DNA from: an uncultured Clostridia bacterium
GTDB lineage: Bacteria; Bacillota; Clostridia; TANB77; CAG-508
DNA length: 64,000 bases
Direction of reading: 5' to 3'
Assembly: GCA_963557965.1 (NCBI GenBank)
Contig: CAUWEX010000003.1
Span: 16,156 to 80,155 of the forward strand
The notes under the pieces were generated by a model. It did not search any database and had not been told where the DNA came from. It was given only the letters and a program-made list of their open reading frames with translations. Position numbers and translations under genes: made by a program. Positions 1 to 8,566 of this stretch are shown piece after piece. Position 1 is the first letter of the stretch. The number at the start of each line of letters is the position of its first letter.

Positions 1-388
1 CAAGGAACATTTTTCTATAATTTTCAACTTGTTGCTCTTCTACAGAAGCAAAAGAAATTTTACTTAATTTTGTAACTCCTGCTACCATATCAGAAATTCC
101 TTGTCCAAATTCCTTTGTTATATCTGCTTGTGAAGCTTTAGTATCTTCAACCACATCATGCAAAAGGGCAGCACAAATCGTGCTATCATCTAGCCCTATA
201 TCTGCTAATATATATGCAACATTAATTGGGTGGATAATATACGGTTCTCCCGATTTTCTTTTTTGATCTCCATGAAGATTTATTGCATAATTATATGCAC
301 GCATGATTAACTTTGTATCTACACGCCTTGCATGTTGTTTTCTCTTTGAAATTACATCTTGTATAGTTGCGTTTTTTTGTTCACTCAT
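1..388 (-). CDS. relA: RelA/SpoT-family (p)ppGpp synthetase/hydrolase, N-terminal HD-domain part; the gene runs off the window start
   Basis: Reverse translation from the ATG at 386-388 (RBS AAGGGGG upstream) gives MSEQKNATIQDVISKRKQHARRVDTKLIMRAYNYAINLHGDQKRKSGEPYIIHPINVAYILADIGLDDSTICAALLHDVVEDT..., a typical RelA/SpoT HD-domain start. It is missing from the ORF track because it is cut by the window edge. recJ-relA adjacency is usual in Firmicutes. Confidence 0.85.
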   Translation of the reverse strand, partial: MSEQKNATIQDVISKRKQHARRVDTKLIMRAYNYAINLHGDQKRKSGEPYIIHPINVAYILADIGLDDSTICAALLHDVVEDTKASQADITKEFGQGISDMVAGVTKLSKISFASVEEQQVENYRKMFL

Positions 389-411
389 ACATATGCCCCC
401 TTAAATTTTCG

Positions 412-2103
412 TTATATCGATTTCATAATATCTTTTATATTTATCTGCAAATTGTCTACTCCATTAAATGTGTTGATTTCTAGCATTCCTGCAATGTCAA
501 TTTTATCTCCTATTTTATACTCATCCGCCAGTTTTCCCATATTAAATCCTATAGCATTAACAATCTGATTATTGTCTCTTAATGTTAGCTTTAGGTGTTT
601 TCCTTCAGAAAGTGCTCTAATAGAATCAATTTTTACATTTTTAAATGCAAAGATTGGCATCTTATTAGCTTCTCCAAAAGGTTCTAGCTCTTTTAAATCA
701 GCTACCATTGATTTATTTATTTCGTTTAAATCTACTTTGGCATCTATATTTACAATTGGTATTATTTCTTCAATTTTATTTTCTTTAGCAATACCTTCGA
801 ACTGCTTATAAAATTCATCTAATTTATCTTTTTTTATTGTTATTCCAATCGCCATACTATGTCCACCAAATCTTTCTATTGTATCTTCACATTTCATCAA
901 TGCTTCATGCAAATCAAATCCTGGTATACTTCTTCCTGAACCTTTTCCAATTCCATCTTCTTCAAAACTAAGTAATATACTAGGTTTAAAATACATCTCC
1001 GTTATTTTTGAAGATACAATTCCGATAACTCCATGATGCCAATTTTCTCCTCCTAGTACTATTGTTCTATTATTACTTAATTGCTCTTTTTCTATCTTTT
1101 GGATAGCATCGTTGAAAATACTTTTTTCAATTTCTTGTCTTTCTCTATTATGGTCATTTAGTTTTTTTGTCAATTCATTTACTTGATATATGTCTTGAGA
1201 AAGTAATAAATTAAGCGCTTCTTCTGCCTTTCCCATTCTTCCACAGGCATTAATTCGTGGTGCTACCCCAAAAGATATTGTTGTTGAATTTATCTGATTA
1301 TATCCTGATGAATTAATAATTGACCTTAGTCCTAAGTTTTTAGTTTGTTTTATCAACTTTAGCCCTAATTTTGCTATGACTCTATTTTCACTTATTAAAG
1401 GTACTATATCTGAGATTGTTCCCACACATACTATATCTAAATATTTTAGATATGCTTCTTCTCTCATTCCTAATTTTTGTCCAAGTGCTTGCGCTACTTT
1501 AAATGCCACTCCAACCCCCGCCAATTCTCTAAATGGGTATCTACTATCTTTCCTTTTGTTATCAATTACAGCTAATGCGTTTGGAATTACATCTCCAGGT
1601 TCGTGATGGTCTGTTACAATTACTTCTAAGCCCAATGAATTTGCATATTCAATTTCTTCATTTGCAGATATTCCGCAGTCTACTGTAATCATCAGTTCAT
1701 AATTCTCGTTATAAATCTTATCTATTGCATTTTTGTTTAGTCCATATCCTTCTTCTAGTCTATTAGGAATATAATATCCTACCTCTAGTCCCGCATCTTT
1801 CAAAAAACTTTTTAACACTGTAATACTTGTAATTCCATCAACATCATAATCTCCATATATTATAACCTTTTCTTGATTTTTAATTGCTTTTATTATTCTT
1901 TCTGTTGCAATGTCCATATCATTTATCAAAAACGGATCATAAAAATCATTTCTTGTTGGATTTAAAAATAATTCTATATCATCTTTATCAACTAACTTTT
2001 TGTTAACTAATATTGTGGCAAGTAAATCACTTATCTTATATTTCTCTTTTATTTCATTTACTTTTTCTTGATTTATTTCACATATTTGCCATTTTTTATT
2101 CAT
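412..2103 (-). CDS. recJ: single-stranded-DNA-specific exonuclease RecJ
   Basis: 563-aa ORF with DHH-family motifs (GDYDVDGITS, VTDHHEP) and a DHHA1-like region (GGHSMAIG). Confidence 0.9.
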   Translation of the reverse strand: MNKKWQICEINQEKVNEIKEKYKISDLLATILVNKKLVDKDDIELFLNPTRNDFYDPFLINDMDIATERIIKAIKNQEKVIIYGDYDVDGITSITVLKSFLKDAGLEVGYYIPNRLEEGYGLNKNAIDKIYNENYELMITVDCGISANEEIEYANSLGLEVIVTDHHEPGDVIPNALAVIDNKRKDSRYPFRELAGVGVAFKVAQALGQKLGMREEAYLKYLDIVCVGTISDIVPLISENRVIAKLGLKLIKQTKNLGLRSIINSSGYNQINSTTISFGVAPRINACGRMGKAEEALNLLLSQDIYQVNELTKKLNDHNRERQEIEKSIFNDAIQKIEKEQLSNNRTIVLGGENWHHGVIGIVSSKITEMYFKPSILLSFEEDGIGKGSGRSIPGFDLHEALMKCEDTIERFGGHSMAIGITIKKDKLDEFYKQFEGIAKENKIEEIIPIVNIDAKVDLNEINKSMVADLKELEPFGEANKMPIFAFKNVKIDSIRALSEGKHLKLTLRDNNQIVNAIGFNMGKLADEYKIGDKIDIAGMLEINTFNGVDNLQINIKDIMKSI

Positions 2104-2202
2104 ATACCTCTCCTAAAATCATTTTATACTATTGTATAACATTTTACCTATTTTTTAAAGCTTTTTTGGTATAAAAATAAAAAAATAGCAAAAATTGCTA
2201 TT

Positions 2203-2973
2203 TTATACTCCCATTATTGAATACCCATTGTCAACATGGATAATTTCGCCAGTAATTGCACTCGACATATCACTAAATAGAAAAGCTGTACTGTTTCCCA
2301 CTTGTTCTATTGTTACATTTTTATGCAATGGTGCTTTTTCTTCAACAACATTTAGTATTGTCCCAAAGTCTTTTATTCCTTTTGCAGACAAAGTTTTTAT
2401 AGGTCCTGCCGAAATCCCATTCACTCTATATCCATACTTTCCTAAATCTGCGGCTAAATATTTAATGCTAGTTTCTAATGCCGCTTTTGCCACTCCCATT
2501 ACATTATATCCTTCTATTACTTTTTCTGAACCATAATATGTATATGCCACAATACTTGCTCCATCATTTAATAGTTCTTTTTCCTTTGCAGCTCTTGCTA
2601 TTGCAGTTAACGAATAACTACTAACATCTAATGCATGAGCAAAACCATTTTGTGTAGTTAATAGAAAATCATTTCTTAAATCTTCTGTATTGGCATGTGC
2701 TATAGCATGTAACATCCCATCAACTTTTCCGTGCTTTTCTTTTATTTCATCTAAACATTTTTCTATGTTCGCTTGAACACTTACATCTTCCATTGCATAT
2801 ACACTTGTTCCTGGTAATTCTTCTAATAATGTTTTGACTTTATCTAAATTTTCTCCTGCACATGTGCAAATTACCTCTGCCCCTTGTTCATATGCAGCTT
2901 TTGCTGCTCCATATGCTATGCTCCATTTATTTCTAACTCCCATAATTACAATTTTTTTGTTTTCTAATATCAT
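2203..2973 (-). CDS. fabI: enoyl-[acyl-carrier-protein] reductase (NADH), FabI type
   Basis: 256 aa. FabI-type N-terminus IMGVRNKWSIAYGAAKA and catalytic Y-x6-K (YNVMGVAKAALE). Sits next to accA/accD. Confidence 0.85.
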   Translation of the reverse strand: MILENKKIVIMGVRNKWSIAYGAAKAAYEQGAEVICTCAGENLDKVKTLLEELPGTSVYAMEDVSVQANIEKCLDEIKEKHGKVDGMLHAIAHANTEDLRNDFLLTTQNGFAHALDVSSYSLTAIARAAKEKELLNDGASIVAYTYYGSEKVIEGYNVMGVAKAALETSIKYLAADLGKYGYRVNGISAGPIKTLSAKGIKDFGTILNVVEEKAPLHKNVTIEQVGNSTAFLFSDMSSAITGEIIHVDNGYSIMGV

Positions 2974-2983
2974 TTTTTACCTC

Positions 2984-3766
2984 CTAAATTTTATAGTTAT
3001 ATTCATTTCTTTTTTTCAGCAAATCTTCTATTGATATTTTTTGTAATTTTTTAATATTGTCTATTAAATATTGTTTTATATCTTCTGCAATTCTTTCGAA
3101 GTCATTTTGTGCTCCATTTTCCGGTTCTTTAATAATTTCATCAATTATATTAAATTTTTTTAAGTCCTTTGCTGTTATTTTCATATTTTCTGCTGCTTCT
3201 TTTGCTTTACTTGAGTCTTTATATAGTATCGTTGCAAACCCTTCTGGAGAAAGTATTGAATACACTGCATTTTCTAGCATTACAACTTTATCTCCCACTC
3301 CTATTGCTAAAGCTCCTCCACTTGAGCCCTCTCCAATAACTATGCATATTATTGGAACTTTAAGTCTCGACATTTTCATAATATTATTCGCAATGGCTTC
3401 CCCTTGACCTCTTTCTTCTGCCCCCATACCAGGATAGGCTCCAGGTGTATCTATAAATGTTATTATTGGTCTTTGAAATTTTTCCGCTTGTTCCATTAAA
3501 CGTAGTGCTTTTCTATATCCCTCTGGTTGTGGCATTCCAAAATTTCTTTCCATATTTTCTTTTACATTTTTACCCTTTTGCTCTCCGATTATTGTTACTG
3601 GAATTCCTTCTAGTGTTGCTATTCCGCCGACTATTGCTTTATCATCTCCATATCTTCTATCTCCATGAAGTTCTATAAAGTCATCAAATATCGTATTTAT
3701 ATAATCTAATGTTTTTGGTCTTTCTGCTTGTCTTGCAAGTGTAACTTTATCCCATGCCGAAATCAT
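2984..3766 (-). CDS. accA: acetyl-CoA carboxylase carboxyltransferase subunit alpha
   Basis: 260 aa with [18 protein letters not shown] and [12 protein letters not shown] motifs. Overlaps accD by 4 nt. Confidence 0.85.
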   Translation of the reverse strand: MISAWDKVTLARQAERPKTLDYINTIFDDFIELHGDRRYGDDKAIVGGIATLEGIPVTIIGEQKGKNVKENMERNFGMPQPEGYRKALRLMEQAEKFQRPIITFIDTPGAYPGMGAEERGQGEAIANNIMKMSRLKVPIICIVIGEGSSGGALAIGVGDKVVMLENAVYSILSPEGFATILYKDSSKAKEAAENMKITAKDLKKFNIIDEIIKEPENGAQNDFERIAEDIKQYLIDNIKKLQKISIEDLLKKRNEYNYKI

Positions 3767-4719
3767 AGCATCACCTCTTTCTCATTGTTTTTACTATGTA
3801 ATTTAATTAGTTTAGCTAGCATATGTCGCATATCTTTTCTGTCAACTATCTTATCCACAAATCCATGTTCTAATAAAAACTCTGCACTTTGAAATCCTTG
3901 TGGTAATTTTTGTTTTATAGTTTGTTCTATTACTCTTGGTCCTGCAAATCCTATTAAAGCATTTGGCTCTGCTAAAATTATATCTCCTAAACTAGCAAAG
4001 CTTGCAGTTACTCCTCCTGTTGTCGGATCTGTTAAAACAGATATATATAAATTCCCATTTTCACTCAATTCAGCTATTTTGCTAGATGTTTTTGCCATTT
4101 GCATTAAGGAAATTATACCTTCTTGCATTCTTGCTCCGCCAGATACACAAAAAATTATTAATGGTAAGTTCTTTTTTATAGCTTCATCAACTGCTAATGC
4201 TATTCTTTCTCCTACTGCTACCCCCATACTTCCCATTAGGAAGTTTCCATCCATAACTCCTAGTATCGCACTATTTCCTTCTATTTTACATTTTCCACAT
4301 TTTATCGCTTCATCTATTTTAATTTTTTCCTTTAACGTATCTACTTTTTTTATATAACCATTAAAGTTCAAAGGATCTTTTGTTGTAATTTCTTTCCCTA
4401 TTTCTTCAAATGTTCCCTCATCTACAATTTGTTTTATTCTCCTCCTAGCAGATAATCTAAAATGATTACCACAATTAGGGCACACGCTTAAATTGTTGTG
4501 GACATCTTCCTTGTATAAGATTTCCTTACATGCATCACATTTTACCCATTTTCCTATCATTTTATCTGATGCTCTTTCATTTTTTAAGCGCTTTACTTCT
4601 TTTTTGTTTAATTTTTTTATTTTATCTATAACCAAAAACTTTTCCTCCTTAAATAAAAGAACACTGTTTCTTACAGTGCCCTTATTATATATTTTCTTAT
4701 TTTCTTTTTCAATTATCAT
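3763..4719 (-). CDS. accD: acetyl-CoA carboxylase carboxyltransferase subunit beta
   Basis: 318 aa. Zn-ribbon [26 protein letters not shown] followed by the carboxyltransferase core ([18 protein letters not shown]). The start is uncertain: no good RBS at 4719, and the internal Met of MIGKWVKC is an alternative. Confidence 0.85.
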   Translation of the reverse strand: MIIEKENKKIYNKGTVRNSVLLFKEEKFLVIDKIKKLNKKEVKRLKNERASDKMIGKWVKCDACKEILYKEDVHNNLSVCPNCGNHFRLSARRRIKQIVDEGTFEEIGKEITTKDPLNFNGYIKKVDTLKEKIKIDEAIKCGKCKIEGNSAILGVMDGNFLMGSMGVAVGERIALAVDEAIKKNLPLIIFCVSGGARMQEGIISLMQMAKTSSKIAELSENGNLYISVLTDPTTGGVTASFASLGDIILAEPNALIGFAGPRVIEQTIKQKLPQGFQSAEFLLEHGFVDKIVDRKDMRHMLAKLIKLHSKNNEKEVML

Positions 4720-4730
4720 AAGCGGTCAGT

Positions 4731-5033
4731 TCAAATTACTATTTCTTTTTTTATTTTTTCAAGTTCCTTATCACTAATGTTAGTAGCTTTTTTTATATCT
4801 TCATCTTTCATTTTAATGCTTATCATTCCTTTTACTGCTTGTGCAATTCCCTGTGCAATTCCTTGTGCAAGTCCTTTAGCCATTCCTTTTTCCTGCATCT
4901 CTGTAAACTTGTCATCTAATAGTTCTGCAAAAAATTTTTCTGCTTTTGCCACAGTACCACCTCCTTTTAATTTATTTTGATATTCTTCAATTTCCTCTTT
5001 TGTAAATTTACTATTTATTAAATTTGAATACAT
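4731..5033 (-). CDS. small ORF resembling the C-terminal tail of Rpn/PD-(D/E)XK 'putative transposase' family proteins; possibly a gene remnant
   Basis: 100 aa with the tail GMAKGLAQGIAQGIAQAVKGM...KKATNISDKELEKIKK, like the repetitive G-x-x-x-G tail plus terminal helix of that family as I remember it. No RBS before its ATG. A strong RBS (AAGGAGG) lies 75 nt upstream in the same frame, but two in-frame stops follow it. Confidence 0.3.
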   Translation of the reverse strand: MYSNLINSKFTKEEIEEYQNKLKGGGTVAKAEKFFAELLDDKFTEMQEKGMAKGLAQGIAQGIAQAVKGMISIKMKDEDIKKATNISDKELEKIKKEIVI

Positions 5034-5355
5034 TAATATTATGATTAAATACTATTTCTCTTTTTGTGTTAAGGCTTCTATATTTCCAATAGTCTTTTGG
5101 GGTTAAAACATTAATTTAATCTTCCTCCTTTGTTTTAGTTGTTATAGTGTTTTTCGACTTTAAAGTCAATGTTGCCTCTAAAGTAAATCTAGCATTTTTA
5201 TTAGATTTTCTTTATTTTTCTCTTTTTTCACCTTCTTTCACATTTTTATATGTTTTCGCATTGGATTTTTTAGATCTTAAATAATTTAGAATTTTAATGT
5301 TTAATAGATATAAATTAATACAGTAACAATCAATAATATACTGTATCGTTACTGT

Positions 5356-5384
5356 ATTCTACTATCTTTATTTTTATTTGTCAA
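5356..5384 (-). promoter_or_regulatory. candidate sigma-A promoter reading toward the acc/fabI genes
   Basis: Minus strand reads TTGACA (5379-5384), a 17-nt spacer, then TAGAAT (5356-5361). The -35 lies in an arm of hairpin-repeat copy A. An 11-bp inverted repeat (5317-5327 / 5348-5358) overlaps the -10/+1 region. A+T-rich DNA produces many such matches. Confidence 0.35.
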
Positions 5385-5422
5385 TAATGATTTTGGGGTC
5401 GGAGAAAAAATCATTATTAACA
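5379..5422. repeat. hairpin repeat, copy A (16-nt arms, G-rich loop)
   Basis: TGTCAATAATGATTTT-GGGGTCGGAGAA-AAAATCATTATTAACA. The core ATGATTTTGGGGTCGGAGAAAAAATCAT recurs, reverse-complemented, at 7504-7546 and 32212-32243. Confidence 0.75.
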
Positions 5423-5454
5423 ATTTCGACATGAAAAGACTTTGTTTTTACCTT

Positions 5455-7224
5455 TTAAGGTTCTACAATCACGGGTCTAAATGATGTTCCATTAGATTGA
5501 TATCCTTCATTTCTACTAAATATATGTATCCCTGAATATATGTTATTGTCGAAACTACCACTAACTACAAAAAATGGTCTATTTAAACCTGGATAATATG
5601 AATAATCATTATTCCAAGATGTATACCCCTTTCCTTGTGTTGATACCTCTCTTACTCCATCTCCCCATATATATTTATTTTTTTTATAATTTTCTGAACT
5701 TGTCAAATCTCGATTTGCTTCTGTTTCTTCCAATGATGTATTATCACTTATTTTATCAAATGGATATACTGTTACATATTTTGTACTTTCAGTTTTTAGA
5801 ATATCTCTATCATATGTTAAATCCTGACCATATCTTTTTAAATTTTCATTTTCGTTTGGAACATATGCCGCTATTCTTTCCCACGTTCCTCCGCTTATGT
5901 CATATACACCATACATATTTAATGTATTACTTGCTTTTTGACCTTCAATTTGATTCCATGCATATACACCATCATTAGCATTATTTCCTTGTATTTTATT
6001 TATATTTTCTATTGTAGTTATTTTTGTTTTTGATTTAATTTCGCCGGTTGTAACTCCAGAAACTGAATATACACTATCTACACCGTTTCGTCCTGTAGTT
6101 TCTGTTCTCTGTTTATTTCCACTATTTAATGTTATATTATTTAAATATGGCTCCTCGGCATTTGTTCCATATTTGCTATGTGTTAAATATTCTAAAGCTC
6201 CATACTCACTATTTTTCATCAGATGACTATTTGCTGTATTTTCACTTAGTCCATATATATTATCTTTTTCTGTTAATCGTTTTGAAATATTATAAGCATC
6301 GTTTAAGTTAATGTAAATCATTGTATATGTCAAAGGTTGAAATGTAGGATACTTTATCGCTGTTTTACTTTCTCCATATATTCCATCTAGCCAGTTTCTC
6401 GCTTCTATATAAACTGTCTCTGAAGTTCCCGCTTCTATTTCCGCTACATATGATAGTGATTTAGTATAATTTGTCGAACTTGCTTTTACTGGCGCATTAT
6501 TATTCCCACTCGCATATCCTGCTTCAAATTTTGCTACCCATATTCCTGTTAGCTCTTTATCCCATCCACCATTTGCATAATTAATTTTGCTTTCATCTGT
6601 AAATGCTGGATGTACATAATAGTCTTTTGTTGTATCAATCTCTTCTGTTGCTGATGTTGCCCTTTTAGCAGTTTTCAAATTTCCTTGTTCATCATAATAT
6701 TGGTCTGTTGTTCCTACTAAAAATTTTATATCTATTGTTCCACCTTCTGATTTATTAGATAGATTTTTATATGTTATCTTATACGCATATCTTGGTATCC
6801 ATACCCAATAACTTCCATCTTGAGTTCTAGCATTTGCCCATTTTTTTTCTTCGTAATTATACCAGTTATTTTCATCAAAACCGTCTTGTCCTCTTTCGAT
6901 TACTTCTCCTTTGCTATTTCCCTTTGGAAGCTTAAACATTACTGCTCTCATTCCATCTACTAATTTTGGGCTATTTATTCCCTTGTTTTTTAAATAACTT
7001 TCTCCTGTTTGTTCATTTAAATAACCTTCTATATTATTTAATGCTGCTGCTTCGTTTTTGGCTGCTTGCTCTGTATTTTCTTTAGCTTTTATTGCTTGAG
7101 TTATTATCCCATTTTCTCCTGTTAGCATTGCTATTGATACCCCTGCAAGTATTAAAAGCACTATAACTGTTATTACTAGTACAATTAATGTAATTCCATT
7201 TTGTCTTTTTAATGTCTTTTTCAT
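5455..7224 (-). CDS. secreted/surface protein with a non-canonical type IV pilin-like N-terminus and an FGE/SUMF1-like C-terminal region
   Basis: Start moved to the second ATG (7222-7224), which has the RBS AAGGGAG. N-terminus MKKTLKRQNG|ITLIVLVITVIVLLILAGVSIAMLTGENGII is pilin-like but has Val instead of Glu at +5. C-terminal YGVYDISGGTWERIAAYV ... GTSFRPVIV recalls the GNVWEW / GFR-V motifs of the FGE-sulfatase fold. Confidence 0.6.
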   Translation of the reverse strand: MKKTLKRQNGITLIVLVITVIVLLILAGVSIAMLTGENGIITQAIKAKENTEQAAKNEAAALNNIEGYLNEQTGESYLKNKGINSPKLVDGMRAVMFKLPKGNSKGEVIERGQDGFDENNWYNYEEKKWANARTQDGSYWVWIPRYAYKITYKNLSNKSEGGTIDIKFLVGTTDQYYDEQGNLKTAKRATSATEEIDTTKDYYVHPAFTDESKINYANGGWDKELTGIWVAKFEAGYASGNNNAPVKASSTNYTKSLSYVAEIEAGTSETVYIEARNWLDGIYGESKTAIKYPTFQPLTYTMIYINLNDAYNISKRLTEKDNIYGLSENTANSHLMKNSEYGALEYLTHSKYGTNAEEPYLNNITLNSGNKQRTETTGRNGVDSVYSVSGVTTGEIKSKTKITTIENINKIQGNNANDGVYAWNQIEGQKASNTLNMYGVYDISGGTWERIAAYVPNENENLKRYGQDLTYDRDILKTESTKYVTVYPFDKISDNTSLEETEANRDLTSSENYKKNKYIWGDGVREVSTQGKGYTSWNNDYSYYPGLNRPFFVVSGSFDNNIYSGIHIFSRNEGYQSNGTSFRPVIVEP

Positions 7225-7308
7225 TGTTTTTTCTCCCTTCATTTTATTTTTATACTTAAAATTTTAATACCTATCCAACCCTTTTTCTCACTAAAAAAGA
7301 TAGCAACA

Positions 7309-7331
7309 AAAGCCTACATTAATAGGCTTCT
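7309..7331 (-). terminator. candidate attenuator/terminator hairpin in the leader of the pilin-like gene
   Basis: Minus strand reads GAAGCCTA-TTAATG-TAGGCTTT followed by the U-rich tract TGTTGCTATCTTTTTT. It lies between the leader ORF and the gene start. Confidence 0.4.
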
Positions 7332-7380
7332 ATTACTATCTTTGCATTTATTTCTATTATATTATTAACTTTTTTATTAT

Positions 7381-7443
7381 TTAGTAAACATAAAGTGTGT
7401 GTGTGTGTGTGTGTACTCTCGCAACGGTTTCAGCGTTTATCAT
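7381..7443 (-). CDS. candidate 20-aa leader peptide containing the (AC)10 repeat
   Basis: The RBS AAAGAGGAG sits 11 nt before ATG. The ORF is ATG ATA AAC GCT GAA ACC GTT GCG AGA GTA (CAC ACA)x3 CTT TAT GTT TAC TAA = MINAETVARVHTHTHTLYVY. There is no homology support. Confidence 0.3.
   Translation of the reverse strand: MINAETVARVHTHTHTLYVY
7395..7414. repeat. perfect dinucleotide microsatellite (GT)10 / (AC)10
   Basis: Read directly: aaa gtgtgtgtgtgtgtgtgtgt actc. Confidence 0.99.
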
Positions 7444-7480
7444 TTTTTTCAATTCTCCTCTTTGGTTTTAATATATTCTC

Positions 7481-7509
7481 ATAATACACTATTATTCACT
7501 TAATGTCAA
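7481..7509 (-). promoter_or_regulatory. candidate sigma-A promoter for the leader ORF and pilin-like gene
   Basis: Minus strand reads TTGACA (7504-7509), a 17-nt spacer, then TATTAT (7481-7486). The -35 is part of hairpin-repeat copy B. Confidence 0.5.
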
Positions 7510-7546
7510 TAATGATTTTTTTCCTCTGACCACAAAATCATTTTTA
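7504..7546. repeat. hairpin repeat, copy B (loop inverted relative to copy A)
   Basis: TGTCAATAATGATTTTTTTCCTCTGACCACAAAATCATTTTT. Its reverse complement aligns with copy A (ATGATTTTGTGGTCAGAGGAAAAAAATCATTATTGACA). Confidence 0.75.
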
Positions 7547-7636
7547 TTTTAAAAAAACTTACTTTTTTGCTTGAATTTATTTTGCTTTTAGTATAAGATA
7601 TTGTATAGTTAAAAGAGATTACATAGGAGGACAAAA

Positions 7637-8473
7637 ATGCCAAGAAAAACAAAAGAACAAACAGAATTAGAAAAAGAACTTAAAATCACTAAAAAAGCTG
7701 CAAGTAAAAAGCCTGCAAAATTAAAACAGACAGAAGCGACTGCCTCAAAAGCAACTAAACGTACTACAACAAAAATTTCTAATAGTACTTCTAGAAAATC
7801 AACAGTAAAAGTACGTTCATCTAAGAAAGCAACCACAAAAAAAACTGCAACGAAAAAAAATACATCAAATAAAGTAACAAAAAAAGTTCCTGAAATCGTG
7901 GAATATTATGATTTGCCTTATCGATATAATCAAACTGTTATAAGAGTATTAGCTCAAACACCATCTACTTTATTTATCTATTGGGATATTTCTGATAAAG
8001 ATAGAAAAAACTTTGAAAAACAATATGGTGAAAACTTTTTTCAAGAAACTAAACCCGTCCTAATTGTTCACAATGACACTTTAGGGTATAGTTTTGAAGT
8101 AGAAATAAATGATTTTGCAAATAGTTGGTATTTACATATTGCTGATAGTAAGTGCGATTACAGAATTGAACTTGGTAGGCGCCCTATTGTAAAAACAGAA
8201 AAGTTGCAACCTTCTGATTTTATTTATGTAACAACTTCAAATGAAATGGAATCTCCTAATGATAAAATTTTGTTAGATAAAAATCAGAAAATGGTTTATT
8301 TCAGAAATGTTAAAACTGGTCAAACTACAGAAAAACCAATTACTACATTATCATTCATGCAAAATATGGGAAAAGTTTATGATATTTATGATTTATACAA
8401 AACAATTTATAAAAATGAAAATGTGGAAGATATTTACGATTTAACTAATCCATCTTCTCACCCTTCTTCATAG
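7637..8473 (+). CDS. DUF4912-family protein with a Lys/Thr/Ser-rich N-terminal extension
   Basis: 278 aa. YDLPYRYNQTVIRVLAQTPSTLFIYWDISD matches the DUF4912 signature as I recall it. It sits directly upstream of a GH57 gene, its usual partner. RBS AGGAGG. Confidence 0.7.
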   Translation: MPRKTKEQTELEKELKITKKAASKKPAKLKQTEATASKATKRTTTKISNSTSRKSTVKVRSSKKATTKKTATKKNTSNKVTKKVPEIVEYYDLPYRYNQTVIRVLAQTPSTLFIYWDISDKDRKNFEKQYGENFFQETKPVLIVHNDTLGYSFEVEINDFANSWYLHIADSKCDYRIELGRRPIVKTEKLQPSDFIYVTTSNEMESPNDKILLDKNQKMVYFRNVKTGQTTEKPITTLSFMQNMGKVYDIYDLYKTIYKNENVEDIYDLTNPSSHPSS

Positions 8474-8566
8474 GCAATTGTTAATTGAATGCAAATGCGG
8501 CATATAATTAATTGTGTCGCTTTTGTTTTTGGAAAATATAAAAATATAAAACAAAGGAGATAAAAT

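Noticed and set aside
5379-7546. The idea that the two inverted hairpin copies define an invertible (phase-variable) 2.1-kb DNA segment carrying the pilin-like gene.
   Set aside because: No recombinase or invertase gene is in or near the segment. The repeats are short palindromic hairpins rather than long inverted repeats, and both leftward promoter-like arms are intact in the present orientation. I kept it only as a remote possibility under the repeat finding.
7609-7836. A 75-aa minus-strand ORF overlapping the start of the DUF4912 gene.
   Set aside because: It is antisense to the Lys/Thr-rich N-terminal region of a well-supported plus-strand gene. It has no RBS and a hydrophobic nonsense sequence.
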